From NCBI GenBank assembly GCA_030704615.1, contig CM060732.1, positions 64,852,001 to 64,916,000 of the forward strand: DNA of 64,000 bases, in the 5' to 3' direction. Source of the stretch: Takakia lepidozioides. Its lineage: Eukaryota > Plantae > Bryophyta. The notes beneath the pieces are model-generated. The model did no database searches, was not told the DNA's origin, and saw nothing but the letters and a program-made list of their open reading frames with translations. Positions 1 to 12,977 of the stretch are shown here, in pieces (the stretch's first letter is position 1; every line of letters begins with the position of its first letter). Position numbers and translations under genes: made by a program.

Positions 1-338
1 GACAACAGTACCACCAAAGATTGTTAGGAGCAGCTATTGTATGGGATGCAAATGTTTTTTAATCCTTCCACGACTGTGTTTGTTTTTGTGGGTATTAGTG
101 AAAGGGACAACATGCACAACAGAATGTGTGTTGTATCACAAGTGCCAGTGGGTTTGTGACAACCTGTAATTCTTTTGTAACCAGAGAGCAAAGCAGACAT
201 GATTTGCATTGTTGAAGAGCTCTCTTCTTGAGCTACGCATGTCAGAATTAAGTATGGTCACCAGTGAATTCAAGGAAAAACTTTTGAGTTTTTCAGTGAA
301 AGATACATTCAGCTTTGGAGAACATTTGAATACATATT

Positions 339-2745
339 TTATTCAAGGAGGAGTTCCTGTTTGTAGAAGTACATATCCCTTGTTAAACAATAGATTGTAC
401 TCATAAGACGTTGTTTGCCGTAGCCTTGTGGCCATTGACCCCGGGAACAAAAGGGACAGAACCTACCACTGTCAGGGGCTGAACGTTGGTAGTAAGACGT
501 ACCTCCATATAAAGAATTAATCCGGGTTTTCCAGATATCCTCTAGAAATCCCTTCACACAAGCATCAATCTGCTGTGTGTGATTTGCCCAAAAACTAGGC
601 CTCAGGAGGGCCTGGGCTTTTGGCTCAGCCTCGAGACTTTCAAAGTTGGTAAACAGGGGTACAGGCACAATTCCCTTAATAGATTTGAAGAGAGCGTCTC
701 TTTGGTGAGAGAACCCCGGACAGTGTATCAGAAAATGAATACTGTCTTCAGATTGCCCACACAACGGGCAATTGCACTCTCCCTTTCCTCTCTGCTTCTG
801 TTTGCTGTTCAAAGGTAGGCTTCCTGCCCTGGGTTTAAATTTCAGTCTAGTGCCGAGAGTGGGTAGACCCTGAGGTCATCCAAGATGTCCTCCCCATGTC
901 ACAGACTGGAAACAAGTTCAGGGAAGTTTTCTGCCTAACTTCATTTTCATCAGACAATCTCATGGCAAACAGACATGGCTGAGGACACTACAGCCTCTAA
1001 GTCAGATTTATCCAGCAGGGTCAAGACTTGCGGATCCAGGTCCAGGTCCTTGAGGATCTCTTCTACTCTCTTCTGCCAGGACTTAGCCTGTTTGACAGGG
1101 CGGTCCTGTTTCCAAGATATAGAGTCGATTAACTTAGGATATCTGGTGTTGGGCATATGTTGCAGCTGACCCCACCATCTGACCTTGAATTCATCTCGTC
1201 GGGAGCTTTAAGGACGGAATGCCAAACTCACCCCGAACAGCCACATTGGCTGTTTTGGAGCATGCTGACATACACTCCTTAAGCACCCCCACTTGAATGG
1301 ATTCTAGAGACTTAGCCTGGTTGGAGTTATCAACCATTATAGCAGATCCGTACTCCAAGGCAGGTCTAATAACGCGACAAAGCATGGTTTTCTTAACCTC
1401 AGAGTGACCCCTCTGCAGTGGAAAAATTTAGTGAGCCCCAGAGCTTTGCCCTTGCCAGTTTGAACAACTTTCCGGATATGTGCATCCCAATTACAATTGG
1501 AGGAGAACTCAACGCCCAGGTAAGTGTAGGAAGGGAGGACCGGGATCTCTGCTACCCCACTGCCACTTAAGATCACTTCCTCCTCTCCTCTGTCGTTGAA
1601 TGCTACCACTGCACATTTGCTGACATTAGCCTCTAGCCCCCAAAGATCAAAGTATCTCTTCGCGCAATCAATCAACTCCTGGAGATTGGTTGGAGTCTCC
1701 CCTATGCCTTCGAAGTCATCCGCAAACATAAGGGCTGGTATGGTTATCACCCACCCTTAACCCAAATCCCTCACTTTCCACATCCTCGAGGAGTTGATGA
1801 TGAAAACATTGAAGAGCAGAGGGGAGAGAGTACATCCTTGAGCTACACCTTGGTCTATGTCAAAGAAGTTGGACTTCTGTCCGTTAACAGTGACACAGCT
1901 TTTGTGTGTGAGCATACAAGTTGTGGACAACTCTCCACATCTTTCCCTTGATCCCACAAGACCAGAGGCGGAACCATAGGCCATCTCTCCACACTGTGTC
2001 ATAAGCCTTTTTGACATCCAGGAAAAAGACATAAGTGGGTTTCCCTTCTTTTTCCTTCCCTGGATAATCTGGCTTAGAGTGAAGATATGATCCACACAGC
2101 CCCTGTTTCGCGCGAAAGCAGCTTGGCCTTCGTGGAAACAACCTCTAGACTCCAGATCAACCTCGAGACGAGTACTTAGAACTCTGCAGAATGTCTGCCA
2201 ACAGCATTGAGGAGTGATGCCACGGTAGTTCCCGGTTCTTCTCTGTCACCCTTCTTGTATAGATTGACAATGACCCCCTGTCGCCAGCGAAAGGGGATCA
2301 TTTCAGTCTTCCAGATAAGGTTAAAGAGGAGAACTAGGGCCTCTATCATGGGATCGCCACCGTGCTTGATAAGCTCGTTGACAATAACATCAGGTCCACC
2401 AGCTTTATATCCATTTAAATGTTCAATTGCTTCCACAATCTCAGAAGAACTAATGGGAGCATTATAAGCCATTGAAATATACTCCAGTTCATCAGGGCTG
2501 TTTCATAGGAACAGTTTTTCCAACTGCGTCCCCCATTCAGCAGAAGACCCCTCACTGTTAGACCTAGAAGTTCTGCCAAGGATACTGTAGTGAGTTTCAA
2601 AGGTTTTGACAATGTCAACCGATGAAGTCACCACTGCACCTTTAGTAGTCTTCAGCGCTTGTACTTGCTGACCGTTTTTCGGCTTGTACAAACGTTGAAG
2701 GGCCAACCAGAATTTCTTGTCATTACCACCATGGTGGTTTGAGTT
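339..2745 (-). mobile_element. Decayed non-LTR retrotransposon (LINE) ORF2 fragment: RT plus C-terminal CCHC zinc finger, 5'-truncated, many frameshifts
   Basis: Consecutive minus-strand ORF pieces carry non-LTR RT motifs: KAGGPDVIVNELIKHGG, LYKKGDRE, FLDVKKAYDTVWRDGL, QGVAQGCTLSPLLFNVFI, ALMFADD, YTYLGV, IRPALEYGS. The C-terminus has CPLCGQSEDSIHFLIHC. Confidence 0.9.
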
Positions 2746-3067
2746 TATTTCACTGTATAACTTGTCCCAGTATAATTTCTTCTGAGACCTAACAAGCTGA
2801 TTGATTGATTAAACAATAGAGAACAAACCTGCTCAAGTTTTAAGAAAGGAAGAAACAGGTTGATGAACCCCAACATGATTTTGAAAAAGACCCAACTAAC
2901 AACGAAAGATCTTGAGTCAGCATTCTTAGGGGATAACCAGGCACTAGCCTTTGCCTGTGAATGCAGTACTTCCACTCACCCCTCTGATTGGCCACAAGTG
3001 CCAGACAATCTCTTGAGCTCAACATTGATTTCCCCAATTTGTGGATGCAATTTGTCTTCTAGCTCAT

Positions 3068-5652
3068 TCACCAGTAATCTCCACAAGAGCAAACCCCATC
3101 TTGGAAGTGGTGAAAGCGGTTGGCATCCCGTACAACAACTTCTCGCCTAAAAATCTTTGAGATGAACTTGCTGGCGGTGTGGCAGTCACCACACACGCGG
3201 AGGTTCTTGATGATGCGGATGGGTGTCCCAGGTGGTGTTCTGATGAGTCCAAAAGCAATGGCCAGCTTCTCACTGTGGTGGAAAAGAGAAGTCTCCTTTT
3301 GCTCCTCCTCGACATCATGCAATACAAACTGGGTGTCAGGCACATACCCAGCCTCCTTCATTAGTCCAGACAATCTGTTTAGCTCAGCGTGGATTTCATC
3401 AATGTGTGGATGCAGTTTGTCTTCGACAACGAATGTATGTACCTGATTGTCAACCTCAATGCAGCTGTGCCCAGGCTCCTTTTTGACACCTCTGTCCTCC
3501 ATCATTTTTCTCACCTTTGCTTTATCATCCCACCTCCCAGCCGCAGCATAAATGTTTGATAGAAGCACATAAGTGGAAGCCTGCTGTGGATCCCATTTCA
3601 GAAGGGATTTTGCTGCACGTTCTGCTACCTCCACATTGCGATGAATTCTGCATGCACCAAGCAAGGCCCCCCACACCGAAGCACCTGGCTCAATTGGCAT
3701 TTTCTTAATGAAGTCTTCTGCCTTGTTCAATTGCCCTGCACGGCCAAGAAGGTCCACTATGCAGGCAAAATGCTCAACGGTAGAAGTGAGGCCGTGATCT
3801 GCACTCATGGAATCGAAGTACTGAAGGCCATCATCTACAAAGCCCAGATGGCTACATGCCGAGAGAAGAGATATAAATGTAATCCCATCTGGTTTGAAGC
3901 CCTCCTGTTGCATTTGTTCAAATAGTTGGAGGGCTTCCCTACCAAACCAATGGGCATATCCGGCTATCATTATGTTCCACGAGACTCCATCTCGTTGAGC
4001 CATGTTGTCAAACACTTCACGTGCCTCCTTCATGCTCCCACATTTGGCGTACATATCCACAAGGGTATTCTCCAAGTTTATAGATGCAAGTCCAGCTTTC
4101 ATGACATCAGCATGGACCTCAATGCCCTTTTGCAGTGCTGCCAGGCTGGCACACACAGTGAGAACGCAAATGAAAGTGACCTTGTCAGGTGTCACCCCTT
4201 CCTGTATCATTTGCTCATACATCTCCAAAGCCTCCCTACCACACCCATGCTGAGCGTATCCAACCATCATTGTGTTCCATGACACCACATCTCGTTTATC
4301 CATATTGACGAACACATGGCGTGCATCTTCCATGCTCCTGCATTTGGCATACATATCAATAAGGGTGTTCTCCAAATTTATATATGGCGGAATTCCAGCT
4401 TTCACAATGTCAGCATGGACCTCTTTGCCCTTTCCCCAAGCTGCTAGGCTGGCACAAGCATTGAGAACGGAAATGAATGTGACCTTGTCAGGTGTCACCC
4501 CTGCCCATATCATTTGCTCATACATCTCCAAGGCCTCCCTCCCACACCCATGCTGAGCATATCCGGCAATCATTGCACTCCATGTGACCACATCTCGCTC
4601 AGCCATGTTGTTGAATACTTGATGTGCATCCTCCATGCTACCGCATTTGGCATACATGTCAACAAGGGCAGTCTCCAAATTTCTATAGGACACAATTCCA
4701 GCTTTCCTAATGTCAGCATGGACCTCTTGGCCCTTTTCTAGAGCTGACAGGCTGGAACATGCATTGAGAACACATATGAATGTGACCTTGCTGGGTGTCA
4801 CCCCTTCCCGTATCATTTGCTCATAGATCTCCAAAGCCTCCCCCTACCGACCCCTGCTGAGCATATCCTGTGATCATCGCATTCCATGACACTACATCTC
4901 GTTTAGGCATTTTGTCAAACACTTGTCGTGCATCCTTCATGCTCCTACACTTGGCATACATGTCCACAAGGGTATTCTCCAAATTTATGGTATCCAATTC
5001 CAGATTTCATGATGTCAGCATGGATCTCTTTGCCCTTTTCAAGGGTGGCCAGGCTGGCACACGCATTAAGAATGCAAATGAAGGTGACCCTGTTTGGCGG
5101 AACTCCTTTCTGTTTCATTTCCGCATAGAGTTTGAAGGCTTCCCTACCAGACCCCTGCTTGGCATATCCTGCTATCATTATATTCCACGTAAACATATCA
5201 CGTTCAGGTATTTCATCAAACATTTTGCGTGCATACACCACGCTCCCACATTTGGCATACATGTTGATAAGGGTGTTGAGGAGAAAGATGTTTGGCTTGA
5301 ATCCACTTTTAATCATGTGTGCATGCACCTGCTTTCCCTCTGCTAGGCCTTTCATGTTGATGCATTCCTGCAAGACACAGACATAAGTATCGGAGTCTCC
5401 CTGGACATCTCCTTGCTTCAACATGTGCAGGGCCTCTTTGAATTGTCCTTCCTTACATAGTGTCCTCACATCCCCGCTCATTCCAGAATATTTCTTGTCG
5501 ATTCGCTCTAAAGGTGCTTGCCAGCCAGATTGAGCATGGTACTCAAATTTGTCTCCTACCCATGTCCGACCAGAGTCTATAAGTCTACCATTATCTCCAC
5601 CATAAGAAGTTTGTGCTCCACCCTGTATCATGGCAGCTAGCTCTGCTTTCAC
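3068..5652 (-). CDS. PLS-class pentatricopeptide repeat protein with E1/E2 and DYW deaminase domain (organellar C-to-U RNA editing factor); two apparent +1 frameshifts near 4845 and 4990
   Basis: Repeated P-L-S motifs ([30 protein letters not shown]), PG box [22 protein letters not shown] and terminal CSCGDYW. ORFs 4945-5652 and 3068-4834 are bridged by a third frame ([45 protein letters not shown]). Confidence 0.95.
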
Positions 5653-6483
5653 CCAAGGAGGATTTGACCAACCCTCAATCCAAAGGGCCTCCTTTGTGTC
5701 CTTATGTCTGAAGTCTGGAGATCTTGGACTTTTCTGTGAAAAGCACCAGTGGGCAGCTGAGCAGCCGTTGCTTCAACCACAGCCCCGCATGGACCAGCCT
5801 ACACCCAACCAAATTCCAAGCATCTTTCAGATACCAGGGACCAATCTACTTTGAGGCCCTGGTAACAAGGAAGAATAATGTTCTTAACAAGAAATATGCA
5901 GTATTGCTGCTGTCTCACCAAAAAGAGCGAAATTGCGCTCAATTAGATCAATCCACATAGCATTATCATGGCTGCTTCAGTCAAGACCAATTCTTTCACC
6001 CTCTACATGAAGATAGCCTCACCTTATGAAACCTGTTTTCCCACCACTGTGAAGGATTCAAGAAGAACTCTTGCCAGAGCTGTTCTATGCTCACTGCGTG
6101 ACCTGTGTGCAAACAGCACTACAGCCTAAATCTTTAGCAGCTCAAAAGAGTCTGAATATTATTGAGAAATGATTGGATAGGGCTGTCCTAAAGTAAGCTC
6201 TCTCATGGGCCCTTGTGGTCCTGTGTGACTGGTACAAATTTTCTCTCTCAACCACAGTAAATCACAGCAATATGTGACATCTGTGTGGGATTGGGAGTTA
6301 CAAAAGCACTGGAATCAACGAACTGTCTATACCAGACCTGACAACACTTCATTACCAGATGATTTTCTTGGACAAAATAGATGCAATTTCCGCTGACTGG
6401 GTCAACGACGCTATGGAACCTGGATGGCTCCGACCACAAAGTCTAGAAAACCCAAAAGACACAAAAGAGTAACATGTCTAGAC

Positions 6484-6700
6484 CTTTCGCTTTCACTGGA
6501 GACTCGGGAGGCGTAGTCGTCATAGCTCTCACTTGCATGGGTCTCGGACCCGCCATTGCCAAGCTGCATGCCCATTTCAGCTCCACACCCTGACCCTTTA
6601 TTATGTTGCATGTCGTGAGGCCTCCTTCCCATTCCTTCAAAGAAAAAGGCAAGGCATTGGGCAGGGAGAATACCTGGAGAGCGCCAGAGCACGCTGCCAT
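6484..6700 (-). CDS. Possible first exon (transit-peptide-like) of the PPR-DYW gene
   Basis: The ATG ORF MAACSGALQVFSLPNALPFS... is Ser/Ala/Pro-rich. It ends at a plausible donor (AAAG|GTCTAG, ~6483), with a plausible acceptor at ~5858 (TTACCAG|GG). The frame is not continuous with 5652 without one more indel. Confidence 0.35.
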
Positions 6701-7125
6701 TCCTACTTCAGTTTTTTAAGAAACTAAAACACTGAGAGAGAGTCGCCATTCTCAGAATCGTAATTCTCACCCACCACATTGCAGATTGTTCCTTGTAGAA
6801 GATTCAAATCGCCTTCTTCTGCACCATTCACTTTCTATCATTCACATCGAGACACTCGAACTTGATTTCCACAAATGTAACGGTTGTAGTTGCTCATATG
6901 TCGATAGGTATGCGGGACAGTAAGTTACCTATGCACACTTCTCTTCTCTTCTCTTCTCTTCTTCTTTCACTACTTGGAGATCCGTGGGAGATTCTTGTGT
7001 CTATTCCGAAATATCCAATCTGACGTCTTCCATTACGAGGATCAGAAAAGCTATTAGCAGTAGATCTGCATGAGGCATTGACTCTTAGACAATACATTGA
7101 ACAATAGTTGTTTCTTGTGGAGGGT

Positions 7126-8283
7126 TAGGGAATTCCAAAAAGGCCTTGATGTGAAATGCATCGCAATTCACTTGATCACCCCCTAAAAGTGCACAATTCA
7201 ATTGATTGCAAGGGCAATTCAATTGAACTAACCCTAATTTGCAATTCAATTGAATTGTCCGCACACGATTCAATTGAATTGTGAATTGGCAATTCAATTG
7301 AATTGTCAACTCGCAATTCATTTGAATTGCTGACTACAATTCAATTGAATTGTAATCTATAATTTTTAACTTATTTATGTATATAATGTATATATGTATA
7401 TATTTAAATTATACATATATATATACAGGTATAAGCTAAAAATACATGCCGCCCGTCTATTCTTGCTATCCGTCTGTCAATCCTTTGCCCGTGGTAAGGC
7501 TTGAGCCCAAGATAAGCCTAAGGGAGAGCGAGAGAGGGAGAGAGAGAGAGAGGGGAAGTCACGAAGCCTTGTAAAAGCGGATTGTCTCTCTTTGTGGATG
7601 TTGGTGCCAATATATGGCTATGTACTATACCAAACATGATACCAATGTAAGAGTATCAACGTGATATATTAAACTTATATAGAACACACATCCCAACTTC
7701 AACATGATACCTTTGTAAGGGTATCGAAATTTTGATAATTCTCAAGATGAACATATTTTTGTTTTCTTTGTCCTGGGCAGATACTAGTGTTAGGGGACTA
7801 CATGGTGATGCAGGGGAAGCCTTTCATCAATTGTCAGGTTTGATTTTGTCTGTTTTTTTCGGAGCCAGCCATGTTTCTTTTGCCAGTGAATCACAGGAAG
7901 CTGCTGATCTATCTCCGTCTCTGGCTCTCCCTTTCTCGCTAAGGCTGAGGGTGGTTTCACAACTCCACAATTTCCTCAAGGGCACAAGAAAGAGGGCCAG
8001 CAAGAATAGACGGGCAACATGTATTTTTAGCTTATACTCTTATATGTGTATAAATATCATTTGAATATATACATGTACATATATATCATATATTATATAC
8101 AGAAATAAGTTTAAAATTATAGATTACAATTCAATTGAATTGTAGTCAGCAATTCAATTGAATTGCAAATTAGGGTTAGTTCAATTGAATTGCCCTTGCA
8201 ATTCAATTGAATTGCGCACTTTTAGGGGGGTGATCAAGTGAATTGCGATGCATTTCACATCAAGGCCTTTTTGGAATTCCCTA
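7126..8283. mobile_element. Non-autonomous DNA transposon (MITE/foldback-like) with ~240-290 bp TIRs and a 7-bp target site duplication
   Basis: The left end TAGGGAATTCCAAAAAGGCCTTGATGTGAAATGCATCG... is the reverse complement of the right end ...CATTTCACATCAAGGCCTTTTTGGAATTCCCTA. GGAGGGT is directly repeated at 7119-7125 and 8284-8290. The arms contain many CAATTCAATTGAATTG palindromes. Confidence 0.9.
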
Positions 8284-10357
8284 GGAGGGTCTCTCTTTCT
8301 TGTTTCATGCTTTCTCTTTTCCCATAAGCTCTTTGCTGGTGGTATGAAGTATCATTACATGTCATCTCTTCTTTTTGAAACTTTTTGTCCACTGCTTCTG
8401 CTCTAACCAATTCATCTGCAAGTAGCAAATCTTGTTTAGTAGTATGATGTGTCGGATGGGTTGCTTTCGGCACATTACACCAGCGGTGGCTCTCTAAAGC
8501 CCCATATTTGCTTAGCCTAGAAATGAACCGTTTCATCCAAACGGCGATACACATCCACAGTATAAAATTTTGGCGTATAAAGCCGTTAAACCGTTACAAT
8601 GATATCTAGGTTAGGGTTAGTTTTGGGCTGGTGGCGACATCCTGGCCCTTCATCATATCTAGGGCTACAAGGCGGCGCCGTGGGCTTTGGCTTGTGACGC
8701 CTCGCCATGCGGCTGGCCACTAAAGCTAAGGCTTTTGTATAAAGATGGCGCCCTGACTCAGGTGTTAGTGTATATGTGATTTTTGGTGTACAAGCTTTGG
8801 ATGAGAGCTGCCTTGTGTCAGATCCGTGTGTTTGATCCTCCTCTTGCACGTTGCTTGCTCTTTCCACTCACCCCTTTGTTGTGAAACCTTGTTTCTTGAA
8901 GGAAAATGAGTATATGCTTCAGGCTTGTTTTATGGTGGAGAAAAGCCGGGTACCATAGGCGCTGGTGGATCTTGCCCGCGCTGTCAGGGTCAGTTAGATC
9001 TTTCTCGCGGGATCTGCTCTACATCTTGCTGCCTAAGTGGTTCGCTAATGTGTGTTATCAATGGCGACTCCTCGCCTTGTCGTATTTTCTCCTGATGTTG
9101 AGATATTGTCGTCTCACATTGCGCGTTGGGGTGTGGTTGCAGGGAATGGCTATTGTTTATGACTTGTCTTGTATAGTTCGTAGAGAAGGGGAGAGCCTGC
9201 TTCTTCATATTAGTGTGGAACTTGTTGTTGAAACTAATCCTAGTGTGGAAATTAACCTTGTTGTCACTCTTTGTTTTGTTGGTGTTGTTTTTGTTGCTCC
9301 TCCTGTTGTTGAAACCAACCCTGTCGTTTATAGCTCTGCCGACATTCTTGTTGTGGCTAACACGGCCAATGGCGCGCGGCCTGGCAGTGTTGCCTTGCCA
9401 ACGTCGCCTCTCCTTGAACCAACCACTTGTGTTCCAGCCCTTGTTGTTTCATTGGGTTCTCCTGGTGGTAGTGATTATGACAATTTAGATGAGGCAGAGG
9501 CGTGGTCGCCAAGATTTGAGAAATTTGATAGCTCTCTAGATAGTTGTGACCTGGAATACTATAATTTTGATAACTTTGTTGATCCTGGACCTGAATATTT
9601 CAAGAGTAGGCAGCAGGCAGCAGAGTTAGAGAGGGATATCGAGTTGTCACAGGAAATAGATGATTTTGTTATGTGAGATATGTGACGAGGATCAGCTTTG
9701 TTTTGAGCTTGTAGAAAGAGCTGTCGTGGGTGACCTTGCTGCATTAACCAGCCATCACGAGGCCCTGTTCACCAGACCTTTGCTTGAGCCTAGTGCGGTG
9801 GTGTACAAAGCCAGACATCTTGCTAGGCGAGAATGTGAGTTACGCAACGAAGAACGTCTGCCGTCCAGAACGATTAAGTCGCATTTTCTGCACCATCGCG
9901 AATTGACCTGGTTAGAAGTTGGTTTGTATTTACCTCTCTCTGGTGTTCGAAGTGCGGAGCTTCATCATGGCTTGTGGTGGTAGGGCGAAGTTGGTTGTCG
10001 TTAATGTTACAATGCACGGGGGCTTTGATCTTGAGGGCACTACGGTTTCAGCTCCGGCCCTGCGCCTTGGCGCCTACTTATTCACAATTGGTTGATGGTC
10101 TGAAGGGTAGGGCCTTGATAGTGCAGTCGTCTGATCTAGTAGTCTTGGCTATGGGTCCTACCTTTGCTTCACAGCGAGTGGTTCGCCCGAGTGCGTTTGA
10201 GAGATTGAGTGACTATTTGAACTCGGCTGTGCTTTCGCGCACATGGAGAGAGGGTGACACGACCCGCGTTGGTTTTTTGCTTAAGGAAGCTAACGGTTGG
10301 GAGTGGCTGGCGTTGGGAGTCTACGACAAGGGGATGTCACTTCCAAATATTACCCCA

Positions 10358-11125
10358 TGACGTGCAAAAAAATATAAGGTGCCGAAAATTATGAGAAAAT
10401 AAAATTTAGAATACATTTAGAAATATTATAGGGTACTAATATATTGGGGGCACCACATTTAAATTAAAGGCCAATAAAGACGTTTATTTTTTAAAATTAA
10501 AATAATATAGGGTGAAGATAAATTAAAGGGGCACGTGTCATTCAGTGACATGCAGTTCGGGACACAATTCATAGAAATAAAGCCAAGAGGGGACGAAAGG
10601 GTGTACCAGCAAGTATTAGTGCTGGTGTCGATGAAGGGACATGGTGGATAGGCAGAATACAAAAAATGAGAAGAAAGATAGGGATCAGGTGGGGGATCTC
10701 TCGATAACCAGTTGATCTCCTTAACAAGCTAGCCACAACAATCATGGTGTTTCTCAACTCTTCTCAAAATCTAGAGGGCATCTGAAATTCAAAGATGATA
10801 TAACTGACAGCAAGTGGATAGACATAGATTTGATTATTAGTTCAGTTACTATGAGATTTGATTTTGCTCAGAACCTTTATACTTTAAATGATGTTGATGC
10901 ATATACTTTGGATGAATTTATTTCCAGCAAATAAAAAATTCATTACCCCATAATTTTTTTCAAGTTAATATAGGGTGTCCAATATTGGTTACCTGCTATA
11001 AAATGTAAATAATATAGCATGCAAGAAAATATGTCATATTACAAAATTATGTAATAATAGGGTGACCAAAAATTCAGAAAATAAAATTAATACCTCCCAT
11101 ATAAAATGCCTGTTTGCCTCACGTG
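10358..11125 (+). mobile_element. AT-rich, probably non-autonomous DNA-element relic holding a decayed 3'-terminal coding fragment
   Basis: Composition shifts abruptly, and TAGGGT(A/G) motifs recur at both sides. The centre (~10560-10933) reads as ...GVDEGTWWIGRIQKMRRK...DSKWIDIDLIISSVTMRFD...LDEFISSK* with stops and frameshifts. No convincing TIR or TSD. Confidence 0.35.
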
Positions 11126-11139
11126 CCTAGGAAACTAGA

Positions 11140-11448
11140 TAGGGAGGACCCTCCCTCCTTATAGAATGGGCTAAGACTTTGTTCAAGCCTCCTGAAAGAC
11201 CTCTAGACTATTTTGTTAAGCTCTCTTCCAGGACTTACCAGCCTGGAGAATCCCTGTTGCAATTTTACATGGACATCAAGTCTGCTGCTGTTGAGAACAT
11301 CATTTACCAGCCAGCAGAGAAAGATCGCATGGTCAAAAGATATTTTCTCATTGGCTTGCCCCGTGCTATTCAAAATTGGGCGCATCGTCATTTTATCAAT
11401 GACAAAACCATGTTATCGGAAATTAACCTTAAGAGGCGACTTGGCTGA
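11140..11448 (+). pseudogene. Retrotransposon gag-like fragment
   Basis: LSSRTYQPGESLLQFYMDIK...MVKRYFLIGLPRAIQ resembles the gag major-homology region (Q..gEs...F....; F..GL). Confidence 0.55.
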
Positions 11449-12169
11449 CAGCAATCAACGCAACAATCATGCCAAGTTTCAAGCTCCAATGGGCTCCGAG
11501 CTTGGCATGGCTGCAACATCTGTGCCTTATTTCCTCCTCTCTTGCATTTAGACAGAGGCTGACTGGCACCCTGAAATCGGGTCTCAGGCGTTTTGTTCCA
11601 ATCTTGTGTAGAACAAATTGCGGCCAGTCTTGATGAGCACAACTTGGTTGTCTGACCGTTTTAACTAACATCCGGCCTTGTCAGTGCGAACGCTCCTGTC
11701 TTCACCGAGAATACTGCTGGAATCCACCCTCAGGAGAACGTCAAGAGAATGTTATTTTTCGTCGCCGATTCGGCATCATTGTCGAACTATCGGTGGTCTG
11801 ATGGGGGAATAAGCACCTGACCTGTACACTGGCAGGTTCACATGGCGGTGTCAGCATGGATGCCATCTCGTTCTGGGTGGAGCCTGGTCAGGTTAGCGCT
11901 TGTTTTTCGGTGCGACTGCGCTCCACGCCACCGTCATCTTTGGATTAGGGCGATTCGGTGGAAGACGCCAATTTCCGGGGTTGTAGGTACGGCACGCGTC
12001 GAGGGTCCACGTCGAGTGCGTGACACGTGGAGCGGGCCTGCGTTGTGTGCCACCGGGGTGGACCACCCAGAAAGAGTGGAATGGATTCACCCGCGATTGG
12101 CACCCTTTAACCGCGGAACAAAGCTGGACGACTTTAAGCGGAAAAAGCATGAACGATAATAAAGCTTGA

Positions 12170-12520
12170 ATAATGATGGATGAATGTACAGTTGGATGAT
12201 AAACAGATGGATGAGTTTGAAAAATCTATGTAGATGGATGAATGACGGATGGATAAGAGTAAAATGGATGAATGTATAATGGATGTTGAGCAATGACAAA
12301 AATTCATGACAGGAAGATGCATGACCAAATCTTTTGACGAATGCACAAAGTATATGAAATGAGTGTGGAAGGTTTGTGGGGTGGATTAAAGAGTACAGAG
12401 GATGAATGTACAATGGATGTTGTACAAAGGAAGCTTTCATGAATGGAGCACGCATGAATACAGTGTAGATGAATGCACAATGGATATGAGAAGAGTCAGG
12501 AAGGTTTGTGAGATGGATTC
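12170..12520. repeat. Low-complexity degenerate tandem repeat of ATGGATGAATG-type motifs
   Basis: Many GATGGATGAATG/GGATGAATGTA units, plus a duplicated block GATGAATGCACAA...GGAAGGTTTGTG at ~12337 and ~12468. Confidence 0.6.
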
Positions 12521-12977
12521 ATACATATAGCAATTTAAACGAAAGTTGATTCTGTGATTATTATTTGTTCTAAAGGAACAACTACGGTAGAGTAAGGGGA
12601 TTCAACGTTTTCCAGATAATATGAAAATGAATATTAAAAGAATACAGTTCAGTCTGACTCAGAGTCAGTACAATGTATCCCCTCTTCCTCTGCATCTAAG
12701 TCTAAGTATTTTAGAACACCGGATCCACGCTGGATACACCTACGGCTGGCCACTAAAAAGTCAGGGGATAGGGACTCGGACGCGTGAAGTGCCATTGCTT
12801 CGGCATAAACAGGGAGCAGAAAATTGAAAAGGGGCTGTCGAAAACAGACTCGCCAGAAATGACTGTATCTCCTGAAGATCCACCGCTGGCTTTCCTGAAA
12901 GACAGCCTGAAAAAGTTATTACTGTAACTTTGATGTTATCGAGAAATTGAGTATGACTCCCAAAGAGGGTTTAGCAC

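Noticed and set aside
3240-3262. CTGATGAGTCC as a hammerhead core
   Set aside because: Antisense of DYW coding sequence; no stem II-GAAA follows.
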